NCBI RefSeq assembly: GCF_009914755.1
Contig: NC_060932.1
Direction: 5' to 3' (one strand)
Source: the human T2T-CHM13v2.0 reference genome, Homo sapiens
Length of the DNA stretch: 64,000 nucleotides
The translations under genes and the position numbers were made by a program. The notes beneath the pieces were generated by a model that saw only the letters and a program-made list of their open reading frames with translations, ran no database searches and had not been told where the DNA came from. Shown here piece after piece: positions 27,828 through 42,969 of this stretch (the stretch's first letter is position 1; every line of letters begins with the position of its first letter).

Positions 27828-30800
27828 CCAGCTCTTCTTTTTACATATGGCAGAATTCAGCTATGAATCTGTCTGGTCTTGGATTTTCTTTGGTTGGTAG
27901 GCTATTTATTGCTGCCTCAATTTTAGAACTCATTATTGGTCTATTTAGGGATTCAATTTCTTCCTGGTTCAGTCTTGGGAGGGTGTATGTGTCCAAGGAT
28001 TTATCCATTTCTTCTAGATGTTTTAGTTTATGTGCATAGAAGTGTTCCTAATATTCTCTGATGGTTGTTTGTATTTCTTGGGGTCAGTGGTAATATCCCC
28101 CTTGTCATTTCTGAATATGTTCATTTGAATCTTCTCTCTTTTCTTCTTTATTAGTCTAGCTAGCAGTCTATTTATTTTATTATTTTTTTTCAAAACATCA
28201 GTTTTTGGATTTGTTGATCTTTTTAATGGTTTTTTGTGTCTCTATCTCATTTAGTTCAGCTCTGATTTTGGTTATTTTTTGTCTTCTGCTAGCTTTAGAA
28301 TTTGTGTGCTGTTGGTTCTCGATTTCTTTTAGTTGTGATATCAGGTTGTTAACTTGACATCTTTCTAACTTTTTGATGTGGGCATTTAGTGGTATAAATT
28401 TGCCTCCTAACACTCCTTGGCTGTGTCCCAGAGATTCTGGTATGTTGTATCTTTGTTCTCATTAGTTTCAAGAAACTATTTGATTTCTGCCTTGATTTCA
28501 TTATTTGCCCAAAAGTCATTTAGGAGCAGGTTGTTCAGTTTCCATGTAATTTATGGTTTTGAGTGAATTTCTCAGTCTCAATTTCCAATTTGATTGTGTT
28601 GTGGTCCGAGAAGCTGTTTGTTATGATTTCAGTTCTTTTGCATTTGCCAAAGAGTGCTTTACTTCGATTATGTGATTGATTTCAAAACAAGTGCCACATG
28701 GCAATGACAAGAATGTATATTCTGTTGTTTAGGGGTAGAGAATTCTGTAGATATCTGTCAGGTTCATTTGATGCAGTGCTGAATTCAAGTCCTGAATATC
28801 TTTGTTAATTTTCTGTCTCAATTATCTGTCTAATATTGTTAGTGAGGTGTAAAATCTCCCACGGTTACTGTGTAGGAGCCTAAGTCTCTTTGAAAGTCTC
28901 TAAGAACTTGCTTTATGAATCTGGGTGCTCCTGTGTTTGGTGCATATATATTTAGGATAGTTAGATTTTGTTGAATTGCACCCTTTACCAATATGTGATG
29001 CCTTTCTTTGTCTTTTTTGATCTTTGTTCTTTTAAAGTCTGTTTTCTCAGAAATTAGGATTATAACCCCTGCTTTTTTCTGTTTTCCATTTGCTTGGTAG
29101 ATTTTTCTCCATCCCTTTATTTTGAGCCCGTGTGTGTCATTGCATGTGAGATGGGTCTCTTGAAGACAGCATACCGATGGGTGTTGGTTCTCTATCTATC
29201 TTGCCATCCTGCGTCTTTTAATTGGGGGCATTTAGCCCATTATATTTAAGGTTACTATTGATATCTGTGGATTTTATTTTGTCTGTCACATAACATTAGC
29301 TGGTTATTTTGCAGACTTGTTTATGTGGTTGTTTTATAGTGTCAGTGGTCTGTGTACTTAATTGTGTTTTTGTACTGGCTGGTAATGGTCTTTCCTTTCC
29401 ATATCCAGTGCTTCCTTCATAATCTCTTATGAGGTAGGTCTGGTGGTCATGAATTCCATCAGCATTTGCTTGTCTGGACCTTATTTCTCCTTCACTTATG
29501 AAGCTTAGTTTGGCAAGATATAAAATTCTGGGTTGAAATTGTTTTTTTCTTTAAGAATCTCAAATATTGGCCCCCAATCTCTTCTGACTTATAGGGTTTT
29601 CACTGAGAGATCTGCTGTTAGTCTGATGGACTTCCCTTTATAGGTGACCTGGCTTTCTCCCTAGCTGCCTTTCATTTCAACCTTGAAGAATCTGATGATT
29701 ATGTGTCTTGGGGATGATCTTCTCATGGAGTATCTTACTGGGGTTCTCTGCATTTCCTGATTTTGAAAGTTGGCCTCTCTAGCAAGGTTGGGAAGTTCTC
29801 ATGGATGATATACTGAAATATGCTTTCCATGTTGGTTCTTATCCTTATCTCATTCAGGTACGCCAGTCAGTTGTAGATTTGGTCTCTTTATATTATACCA
29901 TATTTCTTGGAGGTTTTGTTCACTAATTTTCATTTTTTCCTCTATTCTTGTCATCCTGTCTTTTTTCAAAAAGGCAGATCCTTGGGCTCTGAGATTCTTT
30001 CCTCTGTTTATTCTATTCTGCTATTAATACTTGTGATTGCATTATGAAGTTTTTGAAGTGTGTTTCTCATCTCTCCCAGATTGGTTACATTCTTCTCTGT
30101 ACTGTCAGCTTCTGCAATGTTTTATCATGATTTCTAGCTTCCTTTCATTGGGTTACAATGTATTCTTTTAGCTCAGTTAACTTAATTCCTATGCATATTC
30201 TAAATTCTACTTCTGACATTCAGCCATCTCAGCCTCAGCATGATTCTGAACTTTTGCTGGAGAAGTGATGCAGTCATTTGGTGAAAACTGGGCATTCTGG
30301 CTTTTTGAGTTTTCATCATTCTTGTGCTGATTCTTTCTCGTTTTTGTGGGATTATCTACCTACAATCTTTGAAGTTGCTGACCTTTGGATTTTTTTTTTT
30401 CTTTTAACAGTCTGATCACTTTTCTGTAGGGCTGCTGCAGCATGCTGGGGGTCTGCTCCAGTCCCTAGTTGCTTTGGATTTTCCAGTACCCAGAGGTATC
30501 ACCAGTGAAGCCTGCAAAACAGCAAAAATGGCAGCCTTTTCCTTCCCCTGAGAGCTCCATTTTAGGGAGGTGTGAACCTGTTGCCTGCCAAAACACACTT
30601 GTAGGAGGTGGCTAGAGACCTCAGATGGGAAGTCTCACCCAGTCAGGAGGAACAGGATCAGTGATCTGCTTAAAAATGTACTCTGGCCGCATTTTTGTAG
30701 AGCAGCTATGTTGTGCTGAGGGTCCACTTCAGCCCCTGGTCACCTCGGACACTCCAAAGGCAAAAGGCTGGAATGACTTAGTCACCCAAACAGCAAAGAT

Positions 30801-31614
30801 GGTGGCCTGCCTCTCTTCCTTGGAGCTCCATCCCCCAGAGGTCTGAAACCTCTGTCAGATGGAGAACATCAGTGGAGGTGGCTGGAGACCCTGATTGGAA
30901 AGCTCCACCTTGTGATGAGAAACGGTTGGGGACCTGTTTAAAAAAAGCAGTCTGACTGCATTTTGGTAGAGCAGCTGTGCTGTGCTGGGTGATCCCTTTC
31001 ACCCCCAGTTGGTTTGGACTCTCCAGAGCTCGAAGGCTGAAATGGCTAAGTTGGTCAAACAACAAAGATGGTGGCCTGCCCCTCCCACTAAGAGCTTTGT
31101 CCCAGGTAGGTGCAACACTGCTACTCGTGGCTGGCTGGAATTCCAAACTAGTGGGTCTTATTCTGTGAGGTGCCATGGAAGTGGGGCCCACAGACTTTCA
31201 CTCCTTGGACCCCTGGATTTAGTCTCTTTCCTAGGGGTGTGCTATGAGGGTGTAACCTCTCACTTTGCTGGAATTGCAATTGCTTATGCAGGGAAGCCCA
31301 GGGCCAGAGCATCTAAAGGTCTTTTGTCTCCATGCATGCACGAGTGGCTGCTGTGCTGAGACTCCATGTGGTTCTGTGTGACAGACTGAGGGTTCTGGTG
31401 GAGTGGGTTCATAAGGGGAACTTCTGACCCTAGGGTTGTGAAGATCCAGGGGAGAAGTGTGTTTTCCCAGGGTTGCACAATCACTCACTACTTTCCTGGG
31501 CAGTGGAGGTTCCCTTGGCTCTGTGTTTCTCCTGGTGGGCCATCATTCTGCCTTGCTTTTCGATCTTCATGGATCAAGTTGTTTCCTTGATTAGTCCCAA
31601 TGCAAGAACCTGGA
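27828..31614 (-). mobile_element. Old primate L1 (L1PA13-16/L1PREC2-like): 5' UTR, ORF1 and ORF2 N-terminus; 3' half missing
   Basis: ORF 28198-28413 ([14 protein letters not shown]...[13 protein letters not shown]) is ORF2 just after the EN domain; ORF1-like sequence ~29400-30400; GC-richer 5' UTR 30400-31614 with ~270-bp internal repeats. Confidence 0.9.
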
Positions 31615-32040
31615 ATGAGGAAGTCTTTGCTCTTGTGCTGTAAAATGGACTGTTAAGACGTGAAAATAGTATATCAGAATTAACAGGAAGGCAATTTGTT
31701 CTCAGAATCTCATGTGCTAATGTGGGTCTGAAAGAACAAAGGAAGGAAATAGTGTCACTAGCACAGTAGAAGAAGGACCATAGGTGGAGGTCAGCAATGG
31801 AAGAGCTCTTATCTTTATTTTGTTTTGGAATATTAATTGCAAAGTTTCTAATAAAATATAAAACACAAGCATTTACTGCTTACAGATGGTGTATTTGATA
31901 CTATTAAGTAATTAGCAGTAATAATATATACCCATTCACATTAATAAAACTAGTTCCACTTACATATTTGAGTTTAGATAAAACTACCATTTTCTAACAG
32001 TTTTGTATATCAATATTTCAAATGGGTTAAAAGCACATGA

Positions 32041-32346
<306 letters not shown>

Positions 32347-33470
32347 TAAACATTAAACAACATCAGTTGAAAGTCAAACAGATATAATGAAAAACAAGAA
32401 AAAAAAATTACTGCTTGTCAGAATTTGTAGCATAAAATTATGATAATATACTCTAATATTGCTCTTGGTATTGCAAGTTTGTGGCTTAGTTCATGTATTT
32501 GGTTATAAGCTTCTTTTTTTGTAAGTTTCAGTTGCGGTAGACACAATTTGTTTTCTGAGCAATTGTGCTAACCATTTAAAAAGGTACTGTTTTGCTAAAT
32601 GTTTGCTTATTATCAAAAACTGCTGTTTGTACCTAAATTATATTCAATGCCCTTCCAATTAGAGCCTGCTTTTGATGTTAGCACCTTGTATGAAAGACTC
32701 ACTGGTACAGAAGCAACAATATTTTAATTATTCTGACAATTTCCCCTTTCGTTAAATGTAGGAACAGGGGCGCTGGAGCTCTAGGTCTTGGGTTATTCTG
32801 AAATTGTTAGGCTCTGACACTAGAAGGTTTCTTCTGTCTTGTATACACAGGCAATGGAATTGATGCAACTTTTATCACTAGTCATCTATCTTGTACATAG
32901 ATTTCATCAGGAAGGAGTCATTTCTAATACCTTTTATGCTAATTAAAAATTCTCTGGTGTCATATTTTATAACAATAGTTAAAGGTATAAGCAACCATTT
33001 TCTGGAGGGCCGCATCCTATTTAGCATATGTGCTAATTAATGGTACATGAACTTCAGATTAGACTTAGCTTGGACACAGATGAATTCATCACACTGTTTT
33101 TCTCAGATGTTTCTTTAAAAAGTGAATGACTCTACAGGTAATAAAACAGGTAATAGATTTTGCAGTCCATATTTGATGTGTTCTGTCTGATTCTGATAAT
33201 ACTCTCCCAATTTTCCCTGGAGACCTGTCCCCTTAGTTATTATTCTATGTGGTGAAATTGACTCCATTTTCTCCAAAGGGTGGATTTGTGACCCAAGGTT
33301 GGCCTTTTAGAGCTCTGATTCTTCTGATTTATTCAGACAATAAAAGTAATGCTCATGATTAAACCAAGCCATGAGAACCAAAGGCTCCAACACTGAACTT
33401 TGTTGAAACTACTGAGAAAGAGAAGTTTGTTTTATTTTTTCACTGAATTTGGAGTTGTGAAGGTATGTAA

Positions 33471-33805
<335 letters not shown>

Positions 33806-33879
33806 AATAGAGCTTTTCTGCAACTGAAGCTAGCACAAAGGAAAGCAGAACTTAGCCAAGTAGTGAGAAAAGTCCTCAT

Positions 33880-34165
33880 GGAAATGGAAAACCAATAACC
33901 ATTACGTTTTCATTTATAAGTGGGAGCTAAGCTATGGATATGCAAAAGCATACGGAGTGGTATAATGCACATTGGAGACTCTGCAGCAGTGAGGATGGAA
34001 GGGAGTTTTGGGATAAAAGGGTACATATTGGGTACAGTGTGCACTATGCAGGTAATGAGTGCACTACAATCTCAGGCTTCACCACTATACAAATTGTGCA
34101 TGTAACCAAAACCACTTGTACCCCAAAAGCTATTGAAATTTAAAAGTATATTAAAAATAAATAAA
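33880..34165 (+). mobile_element. Short L1PB4-like 3' end
   Basis: TATAAGTGGGAGCTAAGCTATG...CCAAAACCACTTGTACCCCAAAAGCTATTGAAAT, A-rich tail; degenerate TSD GAAAAGTCCTCA/GAAAAGTATTCA. Confidence 0.85.
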
Positions 34166-36164
34166 TGAAAAGTATTCACATTAGCTGAATGCTTATCCAG
34201 TCAGAATTGAAACTTTAGAATTTTTAGTTATGGGACAATGTATTGTTTATTGTTTTTCTGTGATACATAGATTTATTGGTACATAAATCTATAAAACTTT
34301 AACTTGTATATGCAAATCAGTTAATCATAGGTACAATGTGAATCACTGTCCAAACACATTTTGACTAGAATTTATAATTGTCCCACTGGACTGAGAGATG
34401 TCAGCCAGTACCATGCAAAAGGTGATGTGAAAACTCTTTCCAGATAACAACAAGAGAACATTGAGTACATCCTCCTAAACTGGTGCTGTAGAATTACAGC
34501 AAGAGCCTTATACTGGAAATAAAGCAGTATTACAAATAATTTTACTTTCTCCCTAGATTTGGGTCTGGATTACAGAAGTCACTTGATTTCACCTGGATCT
34601 GTTACTTCATGAGTGTAAAGATAAAGCTGGATTATGACTTCTGAAGGTGTTTTTGTTCAACACTTGAGATGAATGATATTTGAAGAGCACATAAAAGGAG
34701 TCGTGCTTAATCTTGGGAGATGTGGATTAAGAAACCTGGGTCAGAAAGCCAAAGTAGAGTACATATGGTATGAGCACAAAATGTGCAGGTTGTAGAAATT
34801 ATGGTAAAATCTCTGCCACATAAAAGAAAGAGAAATCTGCGATTCAATCCCAATCTTGCATCTAGCCAGTGGTGTACTGGAATTTTCAGGCACAAGTTCC
34901 TTCATCAGTGAAATGAGAAGAAAGGAAAACACAATCTCTAAGTTCTCAGAGCTGCACCATTCTGGAAACTACACACTTTTGCTCTTCCATAAGAGCAAAG
35001 CCTAGCCAGTATCCTACCCTATTGGGCTAGACACCCTAGGGAAGCAGGTGAGCAAGATTTGATATGATTTCTTAAACAGTAGTGGCAACCTGATGTGAGC
35101 TTTGGTTGTTCCTTTATTTTCCTGAGCTTAAATAGATCATTGTTTACTTAAATTCCTTATTCAACCTAAACTTCCCTTCATAAAATGTCACCAGAGCCTC
35201 ATCCCTATGTTAACTCTGGCCATTATCTTGTTGATCATCATCTCTAACTTCTTTTCTTCACTGACATCACTATTATTCCGTATTTTCATTTATGTCTATA
35301 ACTTCTTTTAATGACTAAGATCAGCTATCAAATATCTTCTCAAAAACCATTTTACAAGGCAACTCTTCAATTTTTAGTATAAAGTACGTGATGACCAATT
35401 ATCTAGTTGCATATGACTTTCCAAAATCTGTGAATATGTTTCTAGCTTATTCAAAGTTTTTTTATTATTAAGCAAAACAAATAAAATAAGAAAGCATTAA
35501 ATGTGTTTTAAATGATTTTTACGAAATTTCAAACCCACATTTGGATTAAGGCGGAAGAAACATGACCAAATCCCTAAGTCAAAATATCTTAGAGTCGTAA
35601 GTTCTAAAATTAGTTTACTACTAATATAAATCAGTCAGATATCTACATATAACTTCCATAATACATCGTTAAAAGTAAAACTATTTAAGAAGGTAATAAA
35701 CCCTAAAATTGTCAGTTTTGATAGTAATTAGATATAGTACTATACTTTTTAATTTGAATGCAATTAGGTATGGAATTATATCAATAGTCCATGTATTAAT
35801 GATTGATACCTGTATCTTAAAATGATTAAACTAACAACATATCCTAGACTAAAGACCTAGATAAAAGCCAATTTGAAATAAATTTTTAACAAACAGCCCC
35901 CAATTCCATAAATATGATAAAATCTATGTTTAGGAATGTCCATTACAGTGACTTTTTTTAATAACAAAAATTTGCAGAAATAATGTATCCCAAAATATGG
36001 TACTATTTGAAAAAAAATGGATTGTGCATTCTTATACAAGCCATGTGTAGCCATTTAATATCATGTGCACCTATAAGTTTTGATATAGGAGGCATCAACA
36101 ATATATAGCTAAGAAAATTTGTTCTGGAATAGCAATGATAAAAAAATTGTAATAATAAAAATAC

Positions 36165-36670
<506 letters not shown>

Positions 36671-36827
36671 GATCAATAATCATTTACTGTCTCTATAATC
36701 TTGTGTCTATAATGATCTATTTATCTATCTATATCCTATTTTAATTGGCAGCATACAATTTGAGTAGGAATCAAGTATGGAATAAACACTTGGAGACACT
36801 TCAGGATGAGTAGCTGATATATACACA

Positions 36828-37138
36828 CAGTTGCCCTTTGCTATCCCTGGGGTATTGGTTCCAGGACCCCCAAAATCTACAGATGCTCAAGTTTGTTATC
36901 TGGTGGATACCAAAATTCACAGATGCCCAAGTTGCTGATACAAAATGAAAGTTGGCATATAACCTATGCATATTCTCCTATACACATTAAATACTATATA
37001 AGTAGTTGTACTGTATTTTTTATTGGTATTATTCTTATTGTTGCATTGCTATTTTTAATAATTTTTTCTGAATATTTTCCATCTACATTTGGTTGAATCC
37101 CTGGATGTGGAACCCACAGATAACAAAGGTTGACTATT
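36828..37138 (+). mobile_element. MER2 (Tigger family) DNA transposon
   Basis: CAGTTGCCCTTTGCTATCC...TTGGTTCCAGGACCCCC...TTGGTTGAATCC...GATGTGGAACCCACAGATA...GGTTGACT. Confidence 0.85.
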
Positions 37139-37140
37139 TA

Positions 37141-37182
<42 letters not shown>
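37141..37182. repeat. Compound microsatellite (TG)10(TA)11
   Basis: Read directly. Confidence 0.97.
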
Positions 37183-40100
37183 AAATTAGGTTCAATAGTT
37201 TAGGAATTAACCCTCTGTAGGATACTTGTATTAAATTTCCTTGACCACAGTAAGTGGACTGGCAAGACTTTTGACCTCCAAAAGAAGATGGTGTCTCTAT
37301 TTATATTTTAATGTTGTGGGACTTCCAAATAGTTCAGAGAGAGTATTTCAGATAAGACTATATTTTACTTTCTTCTTATGAAGTGAAGTTTAATTAATAG
37401 TTATACTGCTATTTGACAAAGAAGTTAGACATAAACTTCAGCAAATCAGCTTATTATGCATTTTTGCCTTTCTTTAATCTTATTTATCAGAAATGTTAAT
37501 ATAAAAATGGGATACAGAAAATACATATAAAAAGGATGACTATGGAAAAGAAAATAAGCTAATAATCTATGATGAAAAATCCCCATATAATTTGCAAAGT
37601 AGTAATAAGATAATGTTAAGACTAATCAGAAAAATTTTTATTTAAGCAAATTCCTTAACACAAAAATTATGAAAATAGAGCCTCGCACAAGCACCTGCTG
37701 CTTTAGTTTTCAGTCTTCATTCATATGATAATGATTTCTTAAAATGTGTTTTCTAATCTGCTAACTGTGAAATGAAGGAGCTGCAGATTTGTTTCTTTGT
37801 TTGTTTGTTTGTTTTTTCATGTTCCAACTAAGGAAATCAGGCTTGGAGAAGCTCAAACGTTTTCTCAAGGTCACAGAGCTGGTCTAGGGAACAGAGCTCC
37901 TAATTACCTAGTGTTTTTTTCAGCATGCTTCACTGATTCTTAATAGAAATTATGATTCAGAAAAGTTGCACCAAAGGGAATATTGTCAAACTTAGCAGAA
38001 GCTAATTAAAGTGCAAAATATTCTTAATGCAGAATTTGATAGCGATTTGTTTCAACAGCAAGTTACAGGTAATTTTGCAGTTATCTAAGTGGCTTTTATT
38101 TCTGAAATTGTGTTGTACTGACTGCTATTTTCTTGCTCTTTGCATTCTTTGTCATTTTTAATATCTTTAGTGATTTCGAAATATTTGGTGCTGGATCATT
38201 CTGCTGCAAATATGACCTGCTATTCCAACAAATGGACTGATTGAATCTGTCACACTGGTGGGATTTATAGTAAATTCACCACAGCACAAGTAAAGCCATT
38301 AGAAATTTCATTGGTTTAAATGACTGAATATAAGAGTCCCCTGATTTTATCAGCAGACTGGTTTATATTTTCCCTCCAAATGACCATGGAGAATCTTAAA
38401 ATTACATCAATTTTAATGTGCATATGTTGCTGTGTTGATTTCCATTTCAGATCTGTAACATGGTTTTGGCCTCTAAAGTCTCCATATTGAAATAATTTAT
38501 GGGAAGAATTAATGGGATTTTATACTGTAAAGTATTTTCCTTAGAAACCAATGAACATATCTAAAATATTCATTTTTTCATTTTAATTGTGTGTATGTGT
38601 ACATTAACGTAAATAAACTACTTTTTAGTGTATATGTTAGAATACTTTAAATCATTTACTTTTTTTACATTAGCTTTCACACTAACTCACAACTGAAATG
38701 AAAAAATAACATTAAGTTATTAAGCAGAGCTTATGTTCTGGAGTAAGTTTTCAGGTATTGATAATTTGAATAATTCAATAATATTGTCATAATAGTTCAT
38801 ATAATCCTTGCTATTCTAAGTAAAATATTTTGAATCATTTTCACCTCTGAAGTAAAACTAAATTTAACTTTCAATTCCTAAAACATGAGTTTTTTTCTCA
38901 ACTATGAAAATATATTATTTTGTATAGATAAAATATATTTTACTTTCCATTGTTAGCCTCCACTTACTTGATTACCTGTATTTTTTAGATTTTTCAGATT
39001 TAATGTAGTCATGTTTCACAGTTTATTTTACTTTGTTAACATACAGGTCAATTTGATACTATCCCTATCTGAATACTAAAACTACAATTAAAAAAAAGCA
39101 GTTTAATAGTCTTGTAAAACAGGGCACATAAAACAAGAACATTTATTTTAGTTGAAGACATGTGCTAATTTTTTATTGAGAAATGCATTAAACATTGATA
39201 CATCCAACCTCTGATTGAACCTTCAGACTTGTCAAACTTAGGGGCTGTTGAAGATTTATTGCACAATATAAAATTAGGCATATACAGTAAACTTGATAGT
39301 AAATGACTTTTGCAGACAGACGACTGCCACAGAGAATAGTTGCACAATAGAGGGGGATTTGAAAAACGTATTTAAAGACATTCAAAGATGAAAGATGAAA
39401 ACCGAAAAACATAAAGGAAAAAATTCTCAAATGAAATAGATATATAGAAAATGCACTTTCTAAAATGAATAGATGTTTTTAACATTTCTAATTCATTTAT
39501 TATACAACAATCCATATTAGAGAGATGTTTAACTCGAATCATAAATATTTCTATTTAGTCACGGTAGCTTGACAAAGTACCTGCAAAATATTCGTAAATA
39601 AAGATCTGTTTGATCCTCAGAAAAGTACAAATTAATAGAGCAATAAAGACTCACATAAGAATAAATATCATGTGTCAAAATCAGGGCACCTTGTAACCTG
39701 ACAGGAGGTTGACTTCATTGTGAATTGACTTTGGTGCACACTTCATTTTATTGTCTGTGCATTCTTCCCTTTACTTTTCTCCTCTCTCCTTTCTCTCTGT
39801 CTTTCTTCATCCCCATCGTTCTGTATTTCTTTCATACTTCAGTTGATTGCTCATCGGCATGAGTTTTCTTTTGTGGACAATTACAACTGTGTCTGCTGCA
39901 TCACAAATTTATTGACATGAGGCCTTAATGATTCTTTAATTTGAATTCATAAAAACTGGGCACAAAATGTTGAGATTTTAACATTGCTTATTCAAAGTAT
40001 GTAAATTTAAAAAGTTGCATCAAGCTAACCAAAAGCAATATAAAATTATTTTAAGATAGTTGCATTTATTTCCTACCTGTGAGATTAGTTCTATTGGTTT

Positions 40101-40479
40101 TAAAAATAATAAAACTCATAACCATCAGAAAACAGTGCTAATAATGAGTCTGTCTAAAAATAAACTAACTTTTCTCAACATGGTAGAATAAAATTTATAT
40201 TTATAAAATCTATTTTCTATAATAAAAATAAAGACTGCACTAGAAGTTTGTATTAAAACTTCTAAAGTAATATTTTCTTGAATTTTATGTGATTTTAAGC
40301 CATATTTTTTGAATCCATGTGGTTTCCTTTTTACATGAAAGATAAAATATTCAAAGAGTCATATTAAGCTTTCTTTGCTTTTTAAAAATATTGGGAAACA
40401 TTTGAGTTTTTTTATCAGATAAAACTACTACAATCAATCTGTTTTCTAACAATTTTTGTTCTATTTTTTTTTTTTAAAA

Positions 40480-40838
40480 CAGGTTGACCATCTCCCATCT
40501 GAAAATCCAAAATCTGAAATGCTCTAAAATCTAAAACTCGTTGAGCACTGATGTGACACTACAAGTGGACAATTTCACACCTCACCACATGTGATGGGTT
40601 GCAGTCCAAACATAGCAAAAACTTTGTTTCATGAAAAAATATATAAAAATTGTATTAAATTATCTTCAGTCTACGTATATAAAGTATATGTAAAGCATAA
40701 ATAAATGTTGTGTTTAGACTTTGAGTTGCATCCCCATGATATATCATTGTGGATATGCAAATATTCCAAAATTTGAAAACATCCAAAATTTAAAAACACT
40801 TCTCTTTCCAACCATTTCAGATAAGGGATACTCAGCCT
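40480..40838 (+). mobile_element. Tigger4b (Zombi/MER46-type) DNA transposon
   Basis: TIRs CAGGTTGACCATCTC ... GATAAGGGATACTCAGCCT; AAAATCCAAAATCTGAAATGCTC subterminal motifs. Confidence 0.85.
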
Positions 40839-42174
40839 TTAATAGCATTTATAGTACTTTTAGTAAAATTGACATAGTTTACTAATGTTATGTAGACATT
40901 CTTGGGCCACATGATGAAAAGATATTTCATAATTCTGAGAATCAGATGCAATCATTCACTTCTCAGTCCCAGGACCAAACAAGTCTGAAGTAATAAATAG
41001 TATTCTGTTTTTAAAGGGGGTGTGGAGGGAATGGGAAAATCCTCCTGAAGTAAATATGACCATATCATAAAACTCCATTAAATAGGTGATACTCTTTAGC
41101 TGTGAAATTCAATTCAACAACAAGCAGTTAAACATTTTCTTAGATTGAAATTATGAGATATGATACAAGAAAGAAAACGGAGACTAGAACTGAAGTCTGA
41201 TCTTGATGGCCAGCACAACATGACCTTGTCTTAGTGTCTGTATTTTTTCCTACTTATATGCTTCTCTGGGATTTTGTTTAGATGTTCCACCTTTTTAATT
41301 CTTTCAGTACTAATTTTGCTTTTTTCTTTAGTTCTTTTTTAAAAATTAAGTTTCTATTAGATCAGGCATTACTAAGAGGGAAAAATAATCAGCTGTAATG
41401 CTTTCCACAAAGCAGAGTTCGGAGGAAGATTTATTTACTGAAATAAAGATCTCACATGAAGAAAAAACTTTTTTTCACCTGAATTTATTCTCTCCCTTGC
41501 CATCTATATAACCTCATTGAAATCCATCATTATTTGGAGACTTGTAAATTCCTTTATACTTGTAATGCAAATAGATTTAAAAAGATTCTGACATAAAGAA
41601 ATCTTATGCATGAGGGAAAGTTGGTAGATGACATCATTCACAAATTGCAGTGCTGTCTCCTGCATTTTCTTCTGCCTTCCACGTGGCTTCAACGCTGGTA
41701 AGTCTAGTAATTTCTTAACTTCCTTCACTGTGCAGCCTAGAATTCTTCCTTGAAGACCAGTGTAAATATTCTATCAAGATTTGTGTGTTTTGCTTTCTTC
41801 AGATTGTGCAGTTACTAAGGTGATTGCCGTCAAGTTTACACATGAGATTGTTTAGTCTGAATCTTGCTGCAGCCAATGATAGATGAATGATTAAAATTTG
41901 GGATTTGAAATTTTTAATTAAAAATTAATTTATACTAATGCTCAATGTTGAGCTAAAATGGTTCAAAAATAAAATTATGCACAATAATTATTTTGATTCA
42001 CAAATTATATATTTTATGTAAATAAGGTAAGTTGTCTTTTAAGTTTTTAAGCCATTGTCTAGTAATAAATTAGGAATTGGTCAAGATATTCTTTCATCAT
42101 TTCACAAATTTTTTTCAATGAATGTTCTTTTTTCTGTCTATATTTTCATCACTATCGACCCTTTTATTTCTTTT

Positions 42175-42345
42175 TCCTTATTTATTCAGCAAATTTTTAT
42201 TGAGCACCTACACTGTACTAGGTACTATGTTGATCTTGAAGATACAGCAGAGAACAAGATGAAATTTATCTTCAAGAAATTTACTAACTACTTGGAAAAA
42301 CATAAATAAATGGATGTAATAAGTTCTATAGTGAGAGTAATTACT
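42175..42345 (-). mobile_element. L2 3' end
   Basis: TTTATTCAGCAAATTTTTATTGAGCACCTACACTGTACTAGGTACTATG...GATACAGCAGAGAACAAGA. Confidence 0.8.
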
Positions 42346-42868
42346 ATGGTAGCACGTGAAGGTATGTTTTTAATTCAATTCTTCTGCAATCATAATAGCA
42401 TAATCTTTTTCCTTTCCTTCCTTTCCACACTCAATCTTGTCCCACTTGTGAAATTCTTTTCTTTACATTCTACTGCATACTTTAGCGTCTATAACATAGC
42501 TATTTCAAAGGCCTTGTAGAATAATTCAACATTAGGGCTATTTTTGTATCAGCTTCTATTCGCAATTTCTTCCCTTCATCATGGGTCACACTTTATTGCT
42601 TTCCTGTTATGTCTTTTTATTGATGACACACTGCACATTTGTGTTAAAATGGTAAAAATTAAAGTGTGCCACACTGCTAAAATGTGGGACTTATTTTTAG
42701 TTCATCTGAACTTGTACTCACTTGCAACTTTAGTTTATTCAGTTTATTATTAGCAGTAATTAGGGCATTTTTTTCCTTCAAGTCTAGAGACCTGAGCTCT
42801 GGAAAGACTGTTGATATCTCCTTAAGCTTAAAATTGAATCACCAGTTCTCTGAACCACGGAAGAAAGA

Positions 42869-42929
42869 CCTCTTTCTCTCTCTTTTCTTTTCTTTTCCAT
42901 TTCTTTTTCTTTCTTTCTTTCTTTCTTTT

Positions 42930-42969
<40 letters not shown>

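Noticed and set aside
30416-31488. Cluster of overlapping ORFs of 60-137 aa
   Set aside because: Inside the GC-richer L1 5' UTR, where stops are rarer; no recognised product
36870-36935. Internal repeat CCAAAAT..ACAGATGC.CAAGTT in MER2
   Set aside because: Diverged copies; probably a MER2 subfamily feature or an old local duplication
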